This document shows, piece after piece, positions 30,173 to 39,866 of a stretch of DNA of 64,000 bases. A program made the position numbers and the translations under genes. This DNA comes from a virus. The stretch is taken from positions 1-64,000 of IMG/VR virus record IMGVR_UViG_3300021375_000017; one strand, 5' to 3'. Within the stretch, counting starts at the first letter, position 1. Each line of letters starts with the position of its first letter. The notes below the pieces were generated by a model. The model made no database searches. It saw only the letters and a program-made list of their open reading frames with translations, and had not been told where the DNA came from.

Positions 30173-30553
30173 ATGGAACTTAAGGACTGGTTGAACTCAA
30201 TTAATTTTACCAAGGAGAATCTGATTAAAGATGAACCTTCTTTGGCAAAAGACTATCCACCATACATCATCAATCGTTGTCTCTCTGGACACATGGATTG
30301 TATTATGTTTGCCAACGAGATGAACAAGTACAGTTTTTTAGATAAAGATATGCAATATGAATTTTATCTAAATATATTGAGAAAGAGGAAGAGATTCTCT
30401 CCCTGGCTCCGCAAAGATAAGATCTCAGATTTAGAGATTGTGAAACGTTACTATGGTTATAGTAATGAAAAGGCTTCTCAGGCTTTGAAAATTTTATCCA
30501 ATGAGCAACTTAATTTTATTAAACAACGACTTGAAACTGGTGGAAAAAAATGA
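30173..30553 (+). CDS. gp62: Clamp loader small subunit
   Basis: YPPYIINRCLS, ANEMN and YYGYS.EKA. Confidence 0.93.
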   Translation: MELKDWLNSINFTKENLIKDEPSLAKDYPPYIINRCLSGHMDCIMFANEMNKYSFLDKDMQYEFYLNILRKRKRFSPWLRKDKISDLEIVKRYYGYSNEKASQALKILSNEQLNFIKQRLETGGKK

Positions 30554-30993
30554 CACAGACTGTTGAGCCTCAGGTTGATTGGTCAAGAGACCAAATGGTA
30601 GAGGTTAGGCTAAATGAACCTGATGATTTCTTAAAAGTTCGTGAGACTCTGACCCGTATTGGGGTTGCCTCTAGAAAAGAAAAGAAACTTTACCAATCCT
30701 GTCATATTCTACATAAGCAAGGTAAATACTATATCGTACACTTTAAGGAGTTATTTGCCCTTGATGGTAAATACGCTAATCTTACTGTTAATGATGTTCA
30801 GCGTAGGAACCGTATTACTCGCTTGCTTGTTGATTGGGGCTTGATAGATGTTGTCATCGAAGAATCAATTCAAGATATTGCACCATTGAATCAAATCAAA
30901 GTACTCCCTTACAGAGAGAAGACAGAGTGGATTCTAGAACAGAAGTATAATATTGGTAAGAAGAATAATATCAAGGTTGGCCAACCTGAATAA
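30550..30993 (+). CDS. regA: Translational repressor RegA
   Basis: FLKVRETLTRIG and LYQSCHILHKQG.YYIVHFKELF. Confidence 0.96.
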   Translation: MTQTVEPQVDWSRDQMVEVRLNEPDDFLKVRETLTRIGVASRKEKKLYQSCHILHKQGKYYIVHFKELFALDGKYANLTVNDVQRRNRITRLLVDWGLIDVVIEESIQDIAPLNQIKVLPYREKTEWILEQKYNIGKKNNIKVGQPE

Positions 30994-31042
30994 ATAAGAC
31001 TGAGACTCCTTTCGTGCGGTCTCTACAAAAGTCGGAACACCC

Positions 31043-31077
31043 AAAGACCTCTTGTCTCTTGACAGGGGTCTTTTTTT
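31043..31077 (+). terminator. Rho-independent terminator overlapping the -35 box of a sigma70 promoter
   Basis: AAAGACC(T)CTTGTC / GACAGGGGTCTTT stem plus a T run. TTGACA at 31059, 17-nt spacer, TATACT at 31082; TATAAATA at 31089. Confidence 0.7.
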
Positions 31078-31159
31078 ATGTTATACTGTATAAATAAATT
31101 CGTTCTCCATGAAAAGAACTTAATTGCTTCTTGATTGGAAATTAAAAAAGAGGTAAACC

Positions 31160-32854
31160 ATGATTACACCAGAGGTGTATGAAGAATTTCGTACAGATGT
31201 TCTTAGCGTAATTAATAATCAAGAAATTTTTACATTAGCAAAAATAAAAGTTTTTATCAAACAAATGGCCGCTGGCAAGTCATGGTTCCAAGGTAAAGAA
31301 TTGTCGCCAGAGTTATATAAAGTATTTTGTAATCAAAAGTTTAATATTCGCGTAGCACCAAAAAACGAAACATGTAACGATGGTATCTTTGAAAAGGAAA
31401 CCGTTGTGGATGGTAAAAAATATAAGTACAGGGACATCACCCACATTAAAGATTCTTTGATGATGGATGAGTTTTTGTCTGATTGTTTTGACACAGATAA
31501 TATCTATATTTTTTCAATCACTCATGCTAAATTTGGAATTTATTTTGAATGTTTTCTCAGATATGCCCTGTGTACAGTCCTGTGGATTGAAGAAGTTCAT
31601 GAGTGTTTAGCAGTAGGTGATCCCGGATCAACTGCATATCAATATGGGACAGGATATAATACTCCATTTGATGCAAAGGTTGCATTGAGATTTAGAGAAT
31701 GGATGAAAATTAATGGAAGAGTATTAGCGTTCACTGCTACTCCAACCCTGCATCAGCAAGAGTATGATGAATATATTATTGATGGTGGTATAAAAACAGA
31801 TCAAAAATTCTCTGATTTATTCTATAAGTGTAATGAACTTACAAATCTAGATTCTTTAATCCCTAACCAAGCTTGGGTGGATAAAACTATTCGATATAAC
31901 CTTGTTTATAGAAAGACACAGGAATGTGTTGACCCGCATGTAGGAACTATGATTGATAGTTTATTAAACAGGGAATCTGAGTTAGAAGAACAAAAAAAAG
32001 TAGATCCCAATGTTCAATCAAAACTTACATCTCTGATTCGATGTGGTCAGGGTGGTGGAGCCTGGGGATGCCCTATTCATAAAGGTCCATTTGGTGGATC
32101 CGGCAAAAGAGATCCAATTGAACATGATATTGGAATGGTTCAAATTGTTGGAAAGCATCTTCAACAAAGAGGATTTGATTGTAATTCTCGTATGATTGCT
32201 ACTCTTCAGGAATCTGGTAGTGGTGGTAATAGAATCTGGAATTTAAATGGAGAGGTAGTCGAAAAGAAATTGTCATGGGAAGATGTGAAGAATCGTTTAA
32301 ATGATAATGATGATCTACTCCGACACTTAATTGTTGTAAATCGTGGTGGATCTGGAATTAATGTTTATAATATTGGAGCAATTTTTATTGCTTCTGTTAG
32401 AGATGCTCTTTGGTCCAGGGAACACATCCCATGTCAAGTTTTGGGAAGAGGTGTACGTTGTAATTGGGGATATGGAAATATTGGAAGAAAATATAATAAC
32501 GATTTGCGTAATTTTATCCCTGTCAAACAACTTGAAGGTAATATTGAAACTACTGTCGAAGTAATTAAAACAGCAAATAAATTAGATATTTGGTACCCTA
32601 GAGGACTTACCGACAGGGGTAGTAAAACTAAAGTTGATGTATGGGAAGATTCAGTTACTATTTTTAGACGTGACTATTGTAATTCTATACAAGATGGATA
32701 TTCTTGGTTACATGATCAAACCGGAACTAAACCCTCAATGATTGAAAGTGCATTACCTTTACCGGGGAAACTTCTGTGTCCACATTGTGGAAACCCAGTT
32801 TATTATTCTGGAGATAAAACGGGTGATGGAACACTATTACCATTCTTTGAATAA
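31160..32854 (+). CDS. Divergent SF2 helicase-like / restriction-Res-like ATPase
   Basis: QMAAGKS (I), IEEVHE (II), TATP (III), GINV (V), QVLGRGVR (VI) and a C-terminal CPHCG. Confidence 0.6.
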   Translation: MITPEVYEEFRTDVLSVINNQEIFTLAKIKVFIKQMAAGKSWFQGKELSPELYKVFCNQKFNIRVAPKNETCNDGIFEKETVVDGKKYKYRDITHIKDSLMMDEFLSDCFDTDNIYIFSITHAKFGIYFECFLRYALCTVLWIEEVHECLAVGDPGSTAYQYGTGYNTPFDAKVALRFREWMKINGRVLAFTATPTLHQQEYDEYIIDGGIKTDQKFSDLFYKCNELTNLDSLIPNQAWVDKTIRYNLVYRKTQECVDPHVGTMIDSLLNRESELEEQKKVDPNVQSKLTSLIRCGQGGGAWGCPIHKGPFGGSGKRDPIEHDIGMVQIVGKHLQQRGFDCNSRMIATLQESGSGGNRIWNLNGEVVEKKLSWEDVKNRLNDNDDLLRHLIVVNRGGSGINVYNIGAIFIASVRDALWSREHIPCQVLGRGVRCNWGYGNIGRKYNNDLRNFIPVKQLEGNIETTVEVIKTANKLDIWYPRGLTDRGSKTKVDVWEDSVTIFRRDYCNSIQDGYSWLHDQTGTKPSMIESALPLPGKLLCPHCGNPVYYSGDKTGDGTLLPFFE

Positions 32855-32972
32855 AACCGAATAAAAATCTACGGAGTTCACTACCCCGTTTTTTTGTTTT
32901 TTCTGTTATAAATAATGAGTGAACGCCTTCGGGGTTCACACAATCAAATCTCGCTTATTTAAGGAGAAGTAC

Positions 32973-33404
32973 ATGACCAATCTCATGAAGTATAATGCTG
33001 CCGACCTGGACAAATTCATGGACAGGATTACGCGCAACACAATTGGAATGGATGACTACATTGATAGAATCCTAAGAGGTCAAGAAACATCAAACTATCC
33101 TCCATACAACCTCATTCAAGTCAGTGACACAGAATCACAACTAGAGTTAGCTTTGGCAGGATTCAAACCAGAAGAAGTCAATGTCTACACAGAAGAAGGA
33201 AAACTTTTCGTCGAAGGAAAACGAGAAGAATCCACAGAGAAAACAACATTCGTCCACAGAGGAGTGGCTGCAAGATCTTTCACCAGAGCTTGGACACTGG
33301 CAGAGGATACGGAAGTTGGATCAGTTAAATTTGAGAATGGGCTCTTAACGATTTCTATGAAGAGGATTGTTCCAGAACATCATCAACGTAAGAACTGGTT
33401 CTAA
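32973..33404 (+). CDS. hsp20: Small heat-shock protein (Hsp20/IbpA family)
   Basis: NYPPYNL, LALAGF, HRGVAARSF and FENGLL. AAGGAG ribosome binding site before ATG 32973. Confidence 0.93.
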   Translation: MTNLMKYNAADLDKFMDRITRNTIGMDDYIDRILRGQETSNYPPYNLIQVSDTESQLELALAGFKPEEVNVYTEEGKLFVEGKREESTEKTTFVHRGVAARSFTRAWTLAEDTEVGSVKFENGLLTISMKRIVPEHHQRKNWF

Positions 33405-33425
33405 ATAGAACGTATCGTCGCCGCA

Positions 33426-33466
33426 GAGGGGTAACTGGCACAATCCAGTGACAACCCCTCTTTTTT
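33426..33466 (+). terminator. Terminator-like hairpin after hsp20
   Basis: GAGGGG...CCCCTC outer stem, ACTGG/CCAGT inner stem and a T run. Confidence 0.65.
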
Positions 33467-33499
33467 ATGTTATAATTTATAAGAGGTATATTGTAAAAG

Positions 33500-33871
33500 A
33501 TGACTGTTAAACTATTACTATTGAAGTCTGGAGAAGACGTTATCGCAGACGTAAAAGAGATGTGTGTTGGTGATGAGGAAAAACCTACAGTGGTTGGTTA
33601 TTTTCTTAGATACCCTTGTCGAGTAAAATTGGTTGGACAAGATACGGATCATAAGGGAGATAAACAGCACCCGTTTAGAATGCAACTTACTCCATGGATG
33701 CCCCTAAGTAAAGATGAAATGATTCCTGTTGTTGCAGATTGGGTTGTCACTGCAACTGAACCAATTGATGAACTAAAAGAAGCTTACGAAAAAGGAGTAG
33801 AGAAAAATGAAAATAGAAAACTTGAAACTACTGTCACTGACGGATCAGAGACTGATCCTGACACAGATTGA
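33500..33871 (+). CDS. Conserved hypothetical protein
   Basis: LLKSGEDVIAD...PWMPLS; sits upstream of gp43. Confidence 0.65.
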   Translation: MTVKLLLLKSGEDVIADVKEMCVGDEEKPTVVGYFLRYPCRVKLVGQDTDHKGDKQHPFRMQLTPWMPLSKDEMIPVVADWVVTATEPIDELKEAYEKGVEKNENRKLETTVTDGSETDPDTD

Positions 33872-34073
33872 AGAGGTCTCAGCAGACCTGGGTGAACCAG
33901 ACTGTAAACTGATAGAACCTTTTATTCTTAATGCCAGTACAATGACACTATCCCCATGGTTTGTTGACATCACAAATCAGAATGAGTTTATGATTCATTC
34001 TGAAAAGATTTTGACAATTATGGAACCTAACAGTAAACTGAAAGTGATGTATGAGGACTTACTTAAGGAATGA
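33807..34073 (+). CDS. Conserved hypothetical protein
   Basis: GEPDCKLIEP motif; coupled to gp43. Confidence 0.6.
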   Translation: MKIENLKLLSLTDQRLILTQIEEVSADLGEPDCKLIEPFILNASTMTLSPWFVDITNQNEFMIHSEKILTIMEPNSKLKVMYEDLLKE

Positions 34074-36610
34074 ATTTCTATACAAACATACAGATGATTG
34101 GAAATCAATTCCTTGTTCGTGGTTATGAGGACGGAAAGAGAGTTCACTATCGTGATACCAACTATCGTCCAACTCTGTATGTTAACTCTAAAGTCCCCAC
34201 AAAATACAAAACTCTGGAAGGTGAATATGTTGAGGAAATTCAACCTGGAACAGTAAAGGACTGTAGAGACTTTTATAAGAAGTATGATGAGATCGAGAAC
34301 TTCAAGATCTATGGTAATGAGAGATATATCTACCAATACATTTCTGACAAGTATCCTCAGGATGAGATAAAGTTTGACATCAAGAAGATGAGACTTTTGA
34401 CTATCGATATTGAGGTCTCATCAGAAGAGGGATTTCCTGACCCAGAACATTGTTCTGAGGAGATGTTGACCATCTCTATTCAGGATTATGCAACTAAGAA
34501 AATTACAACTTGGGGCAGAAAACCATATACCCCTAGTCAGGACAATGTGACCTATCATTATTATCCTGAAGAAAGAGAAATGCTTGGTGCATTCATTGAT
34601 TGGTGGATGAATGACTATCCTGATGTTGTGACTGGGTGGAATACCCGTCTGTACGACATCCCATATATCTGTGGAAGGATCGATAGGGTTCTGGGTGAGA
34701 GGGCCCTTAGGAATCTGTCTCCATGGGGTCTAGCGACCAAGAGAGAGACTTGGATCAATGGCCGTATGTTTTATATCTACGATATTGGTGGTATCACTGA
34801 CCTAGACTATCTGGAGTTGTATAAGAAGTTTACTTATGTGAATCGTGAGTCTTACCGACTGGACTTCATTGCAGAGGTTGAACTTGGTCAAAAGAAATTA
34901 GACCACTCTGAGTTTGATACATTCAAAGACTTCTATACTGGTGATTGGAAAAAGTTTGTAGATTACAACATCGTTGACGTGGAACTTGTTGACCGTATGG
35001 AAGACAAGATGAAACTGATTGAGTTGGTTATCACCATGGCATACGATGGTAAGGTAAACTTTGGTGACCCAATGTTCCAAGTTAGATTGTGGGACACCAT
35101 TATCTACAACTATTTGAAGAAGAGGAATATTGTTATTCCTCCAAGGATCAATACTGATAAGAGTGAAAAGTTTGCTGGGGCCTATGTAAAGGAACCCAAA
35201 CCAGGTGTATATGATTGGGTTGTAAGTTTTGACTTGAACTCACTTTATCCGCATTTAATTATGCAATACAATATCTCACCTGAGACACTTCAGGAAGAGA
35301 AGCACCCATCAGTTACCATTCAAAAGATTCTTGATGAGAAACTTGATTTTCAGATGTATAAGGACTATGCGGTCTGTGCCAATGGTGCAATGTACCGTAA
35401 AGATGTGAAAGGTTTCCTACCTGAACTGATGGAGAAGATGTATGCTGAACGTAAGGCATTCAAGAAGGAGATGTTGAAGTCTAAACAGAAACTGGTTGAC
35501 ATTGAATCAAAACTGAAGACCAATAAGGATCCAGTTCTCCGTAGACAGAGAGAACAAACCATCAAAGATATTGCTAAGTTCAATAACTTTCAGATGGTGA
35601 GAAAGATTTGTTTGAACTCTGCCTACGGTGCAATTGGTAATGCATACTTTAGATATTTCAAACTTGCCAATGCAGAAGCGATTACGATGTCAGGTCAGAC
35701 ATCTATTCGTTGGATTGAAAATCATATGAATGAATATCTAAATAACTTACTTTCAACAGAAGATGTAGATTATGTCATCGCATCTGACACCGATTCAATC
35801 TATCTTAACTTTGGACCTATTGTTGATAAATTTCTTGGTGATAAAGTTAACGATACGAGCAAGGTTGTTTCTATCATTGACAAAGTCTGTCAAGAGAAAC
35901 TGGAACCGTTCATCGAAACATCTTATCAAAATCTTGCGACGTATGTAAACGCATACGATCAGAAGATGCAGATGAAACGGGAGAACATTGCAGACCGTGG
36001 AATTTGGACTGCAAAGAAGAGATACATTCTCAATGTATGGGATAGTGAAGGTGTTAGGTATGAAGATCCTAAACTTAAGATCATGGGTATTGAGGCAGTC
36101 AAGTCATCCACTCCAGCACCCTGTAGGAGTATGATTAAGGATGCTCTCAAACTAATGATGAATGGAACAGAAGATGATGTGATTGAGTATATTGATAAGT
36201 GTAGAAGTGACTTTAAGAAACTTCCCATTGAAGCTATTTCTTTCCCTAGATCTGTTTCTGATGCCCAGAAGTATAAGGCACATGCAACGATCTACTCAAA
36301 GGGAACTCCTATTCATTGTCGTGGTGCCCTATTGTTCAATCACTACATAAAAGAAAAGAAGTTAACAAACAAATATTCACTTATCAATAACGGTGAAAAG
36401 ATTAAATTTTGTTATCTTAAAAAACCAAATATCATCCATGAGAATGTGATCTCATTTATTTCAGAGTTTCCAACAGAGTTGGGACTTGACCAATATGTGG
36501 ATTATGACTTACAATTTGAAAAGGCATTCTTAGAACCTCTCAAGGTCATTCTTGATGCCATTGGATGGAATGTAACTAAGATAAATACTTTAGAAAGTTT
36601 TTTTATGTAA
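34070..36610 (+). CDS. gp43: Family B DNA polymerase
   Basis: Exonuclease DIE motif, SFDLNSLYP, K...NSAYG and SDTDS. Confidence 0.98.
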   Translation: MNFYTNIQMIGNQFLVRGYEDGKRVHYRDTNYRPTLYVNSKVPTKYKTLEGEYVEEIQPGTVKDCRDFYKKYDEIENFKIYGNERYIYQYISDKYPQDEIKFDIKKMRLLTIDIEVSSEEGFPDPEHCSEEMLTISIQDYATKKITTWGRKPYTPSQDNVTYHYYPEEREMLGAFIDWWMNDYPDVVTGWNTRLYDIPYICGRIDRVLGERALRNLSPWGLATKRETWINGRMFYIYDIGGITDLDYLELYKKFTYVNRESYRLDFIAEVELGQKKLDHSEFDTFKDFYTGDWKKFVDYNIVDVELVDRMEDKMKLIELVITMAYDGKVNFGDPMFQVRLWDTIIYNYLKKRNIVIPPRINTDKSEKFAGAYVKEPKPGVYDWVVSFDLNSLYPHLIMQYNISPETLQEEKHPSVTIQKILDEKLDFQMYKDYAVCANGAMYRKDVKGFLPELMEKMYAERKAFKKEMLKSKQKLVDIESKLKTNKDPVLRRQREQTIKDIAKFNNFQMVRKICLNSAYGAIGNAYFRYFKLANAEAITMSGQTSIRWIENHMNEYLNNLLSTEDVDYVIASDTDSIYLNFGPIVDKFLGDKVNDTSKVVSIIDKVCQEKLEPFIETSYQNLATYVNAYDQKMQMKRENIADRGIWTAKKRYILNVWDSEGVRYEDPKLKIMGIEAVKSSTPAPCRSMIKDALKLMMNGTEDDVIEYIDKCRSDFKKLPIEAISFPRSVSDAQKYKAHATIYSKGTPIHCRGALLFNHYIKEKKLTNKYSLINNGEKIKFCYLKKPNIIHENVISFISEFPTELGLDQYVDYDLQFEKAFLEPLKVILDAIGWNVTKINTLESFFM

Positions 36611-36613
36611 AGT

Positions 36614-37300
36614 ATGACCATGGGCAAATATTATACTTATGCCTATTTGCGTGAAGATGGAACTCCTTATTATATCGGTAAAGGATTAAAAAACAGGAAA
36701 TCTAAAAAGCATTTTAGAAGAAATGGAAAAGTATTTTCTCCTCCATCAGAAGATAAAATAATTATTCTCAAACAGAATTTAACTGAAAAAGAAGCATTTA
36801 AGCACGAAATTTATATGATTTCCGTTTTGGGTAGAAAAGATTTGGGGACTGGTATTTTGAGAAATTTGACTGAAGGTGGTGAAGGGAGTAGTGGATATAA
36901 ACACTCCGATGAATTTAAATCTAAAATTAGAAAAGTTCAGAGTGGTAGAGTTATTTCCAATACAACTAAAGAAAAAATGAGAAATGCAAATCTTGGAAAA
37001 GTTTTATCTGATGAACATAAAAAAAAGATTGGAGAATCGCAAGGGGGGAAAGTTGTAAATGAGGAGGTTAGAAAAAAAATAAGTAATACACTAAAAGGAA
37101 AAAAACATAGTCCAGAAAGAATTAATAATATAAGAAAGGGAATGGGATGTGAAACTTATAAATTCATTTCCCCAGAAGGTAAAATAATTGAAGTTGATAA
37201 TATGACGCAATTCTGCTATGATAGAAATCTACAGCAAAGTTGTATGTCAAACATCTGGAACAATAAAAGAAACTTTCATAAAGGATGGAAAAAAGCATAA
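36614..37300 (+). mobile_element. Free-standing GIY-YIG-variant homing endonuclease with NUMOD3 repeats
   Basis: YYTYAYLREDGTPYYIGKG, LRNLTEGGEG, H/LS.E.K.KI repeats and HKGW end. GATAAATA at 36580-36587 inside the gp43 end. Confidence 0.85.
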
Positions 37301-38217
37301 TGGACTTTTTATCAGATATTGTAAAAGAGATTGGAGATGACTTTACCAAACTTGCTGCCGACATCGATGACACTGAGACATATGTGGACACAGGTTCGTT
37401 CGTTCTTAACGCTCTTGTATCTGGGTCTATCCGTGGTGGTGTATCTGGGAATAAAATTACTGCAATTGCTGGCGAAAGTTCTACTGGAAAGACTTTCTTT
37501 TCACTCGCAGTGGTCAAGAACTTCTTGGATACTAATCCCGATGCATATTGCCTTTATTTTGATACTGAGGCAGCAGTTAATAAGTCACTACTAGTAAGTC
37601 GTGGCATTGATCTGAATCGACTAGTTGTTGTTAATGTCGTTACCATTGAGGAGTTTAGGAGTAAGGCTCTCAAGGCGGTAGACATGTATTCAAAAAAACC
37701 TGAAGATGAACGTAAACCTTGTATGTTTGTGTTAGATTCTTTAGGAATGCTTTCTACAGAGAAAGAAATCACTGATGCCCTCAATGAGAAACTTGTCCGT
37801 GATATGACAAAATCTCAGTTGATTAAAGGGGCTTTCAGAATGTTGACTCTTAAATTGGGTCAAGCCAAAATACCAATGATTGTAACCAATCACACCTATG
37901 ATGTCATCGGAGCTTATGTTCCTACAAAGGAAATGGGTGGGGGTTGTTTAGTTGCGGGAACTAAGATACAAACAGAAAATGGTTCTATTCCTATTGAATC
38001 TATTCAAGTTGGTGACAAAGTGAGAACTATGTTTGGTTATTCATCAGTTACTGACACTTTCCATTTCACCGATAAAGATGTTTATGAATTGGAATTGGAA
38101 GATGGAGAAACTATTAGATGTTCTGGCGAACATAAGTTTTTAGTAGATACTGGAGATGGTTATGAATGGAAATCCGTTACTGAGTTATTACCTTCAGATA
38201 CTATCAAATCTATGTGA
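37300..38217 (+). CDS. uvsX: UvsX recombinase, N-terminal part, fused to a 90-aa split-intein N-fragment (37945-38214)
   Basis: GESSTGKT, DSLGML and TNHTY. After MGGG come intein block A CLVAGTKI and block B CSGEHKF. Confidence 0.93.
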   Translation: MDFLSDIVKEIGDDFTKLAADIDDTETYVDTGSFVLNALVSGSIRGGVSGNKITAIAGESSTGKTFFSLAVVKNFLDTNPDAYCLYFDTEAAVNKSLLVSRGIDLNRLVVVNVVTIEEFRSKALKAVDMYSKKPEDERKPCMFVLDSLGMLSTEKEITDALNEKLVRDMTKSQLIKGAFRMLTLKLGQAKIPMIVTNHTYDVIGAYVPTKEMGGGCLVAGTKIQTENGSIPIESIQVGDKVRTMFGYSSVTDTFHFTDKDVYELELEDGETIRCSGEHKFLVDTGDGYEWKSVTELLPSDTIKSM

Positions 38218-38259
38218 AAGTTGGTTCTGGACTAAATAATAATAATTGAGTCCAGAACC

Positions 38260-38931
38260 TTGTTTTTATCCAATAAGTATACTGATTGTTATTTCCGTAT
38301 TATTAATAAGGCAAATCTTAGGAAACTTCCTCAAATTACTGAATGTCATCATATTATACCTAAATCATTAGGTGGAGGAGAAGAACCAGAAAACAAAGTA
38401 TATCTAACACCAAGAGAACATTTTGTCTGTCATCATCTTCTTCTGAAGATGTTAGAGGGAAAATCAAAACAGAAAATGTGTTATGCTTTTTATAGAATGA
38501 ACTCCAGTAATAATGGAGTTAGGTGTGAAAATCTCAATTCTTATGATAGAATAAGAGAACACTACTCTCATCTCACTTCTGGAGTAAATAACCCATTTTA
38601 TGGGAAGGGGCATTTTGGATATTCTAACCCAATGTCCAAACCTGAGGTTCGGGAGAAACATAAACAAATAGTTTCTTCACCTGAACATAGAAAGATGATG
38701 AGTGATAAAATGTCTGGTGAAAATAATCCATTTTACGGAAGAACTCATTCAGATGAAACCAAGAAACATCTTTCTGAGTTGGCGTCTCAGAGAACAGGTG
38801 AAAACTCTTCCCGTTATGGGAAGAAACACAGACGAGTTGTTTGTGAACACTGCCAAAAAGAAATTACTTACCCAATGTATAAGAGGTGGCATGGAACGAA
38901 TTGTAAAGTCTATCAAGAAAATAAAGACTGA
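38260..38931 (+). mobile_element. HNH (MobE-like) homing endonuclease between the uvsX split-intein halves
   Basis: ECHHIIPKSLGG...NKVYLTPREHFVCHHLL, G.NNPFYG NUMOD3 repeats and a CEHC...H..NC zinc finger. TTG start. Confidence 0.88.
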
Positions 38932-39367
38932 GGATGTTTATGACATCACAGTTGAAGGAGAACATCATTATATTCTTGGTAATGGTGTCGTGTCTCACAA
39001 TTCTGGCCTTAAGTATGCAGCGTCTACAATCATCTATCTCTCAAAGAAAAAGGAAAAGGATGGAACAGAAGTGGTCGGCAATCTTATCAAGGCTAAGACT
39101 GCTAAGTCGCGTTTAAGTAAAGAGAATAAAGATGTTACTATACGTCTCTATTACGATGAACGTGGTCTTGATAGGTATTACGGTCTCTTAGAACTTGGAG
39201 AACTTGGTGGACTATGGAAAAACGTTGCAGGACGTTATGAGATGGATGGTAAGAAAGTCTATGCTAAGGCCATCCTGAAAGAACCTGAGACTTATTTTAC
39301 ACCTGAAGTGATGGAAAAACTAGATGAAATCGCAAAAGAACAATTCTCTTATGGTTCGTCATTATGA
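38891..39367 (+). CDS. uvsX: 37-aa split-intein C-fragment (38891-39001) fused to the UvsX C-terminal part
   Basis: AAGAGG ribosome binding site. MERIVKSI...VYDITVEGEHHYILGNGVVSHN is followed by SGLKYAAS...KSR...GLDRYYGL. Confidence 0.92.
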   Translation: MERIVKSIKKIKTEDVYDITVEGEHHYILGNGVVSHNSGLKYAASTIIYLSKKKEKDGTEVVGNLIKAKTAKSRLSKENKDVTIRLYYDERGLDRYYGLLELGELGGLWKNVAGRYEMDGKKVYAKAILKEPETYFTPEVMEKLDEIAKEQFSYGSSL

Positions 39368-39866
39368 TGTTGTTCCAGAGTCATACTGTAAAAAACTAAT
39401 TGAGATATTTGAAAACTCCTCTAATCAGGAGTTTATCAATAATGATCACAAACCATGTTTCAGTCAGGTTAATCTGAGTAAAGAAAATCCTGAAATGGTC
39501 AGACAAATCATTCCCATTATTAAAGGTGTACATACTCTGTATAAGAAGGAAACCAAATCTTATTTTCTTCCAGAGTTAAATGCCCTTGAAGAACTTAGGA
39601 TTAAAAGATACCTTCCTAATGGTGAGGAAAGGTTTGATGAACATGTAGACGTGACTGACTATCCCTCATCAAGAAGGTCAGTTGCATTTTTATTTTATCT
39701 GAATACTAATGATGGTAATACAGTTTTTTCTAAACAGAAGTTGAACATTAAACCAAAGTGTGGTAGGGTAGTAGTATTCCCTCCTACATGGGAATATCCT
39801 CATGCAAGACTCCCCCCAACAACTAGTAACAAATACATCATGAGTACATATATTCACTATGGATAA
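39351..39866 (+). CDS. 2OG-Fe(II) oxygenase
   Basis: HVD, FLFYLN, VVVFPP.W.YPH and KYIMSTY. Confidence 0.8.
   Translation: MVRHYDVVPESYCKKLIEIFENSSNQEFINNDHKPCFSQVNLSKENPEMVRQIIPIIKGVHTLYKKETKSYFLPELNALEELRIKRYLPNGEERFDEHVDVTDYPSSRRSVAFLFYLNTNDGNTVFSKQKLNIKPKCGRVVVFPPTWEYPHARLPPTTSNKYIMSTYIHYG

Noticed and set aside
32919-32972. GTG-start extension of hsp20
   Set aside because: The region forms the structured leader, and the AAGGAG site fits ATG 32973.
36563-37290. GGATGGAA repeats flanking the gp43-linked HEG as a target duplication
   Set aside because: Only 8 nt long, and the second copy encodes the common HKGW end motif of such endonucleases.
38702-38890. N-terminal extension of the uvsX C-part ORF
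   Set aside because: It lies inside the HNH gene. ATG 38891 has a ribosome binding site and gives a typical C-intein length.
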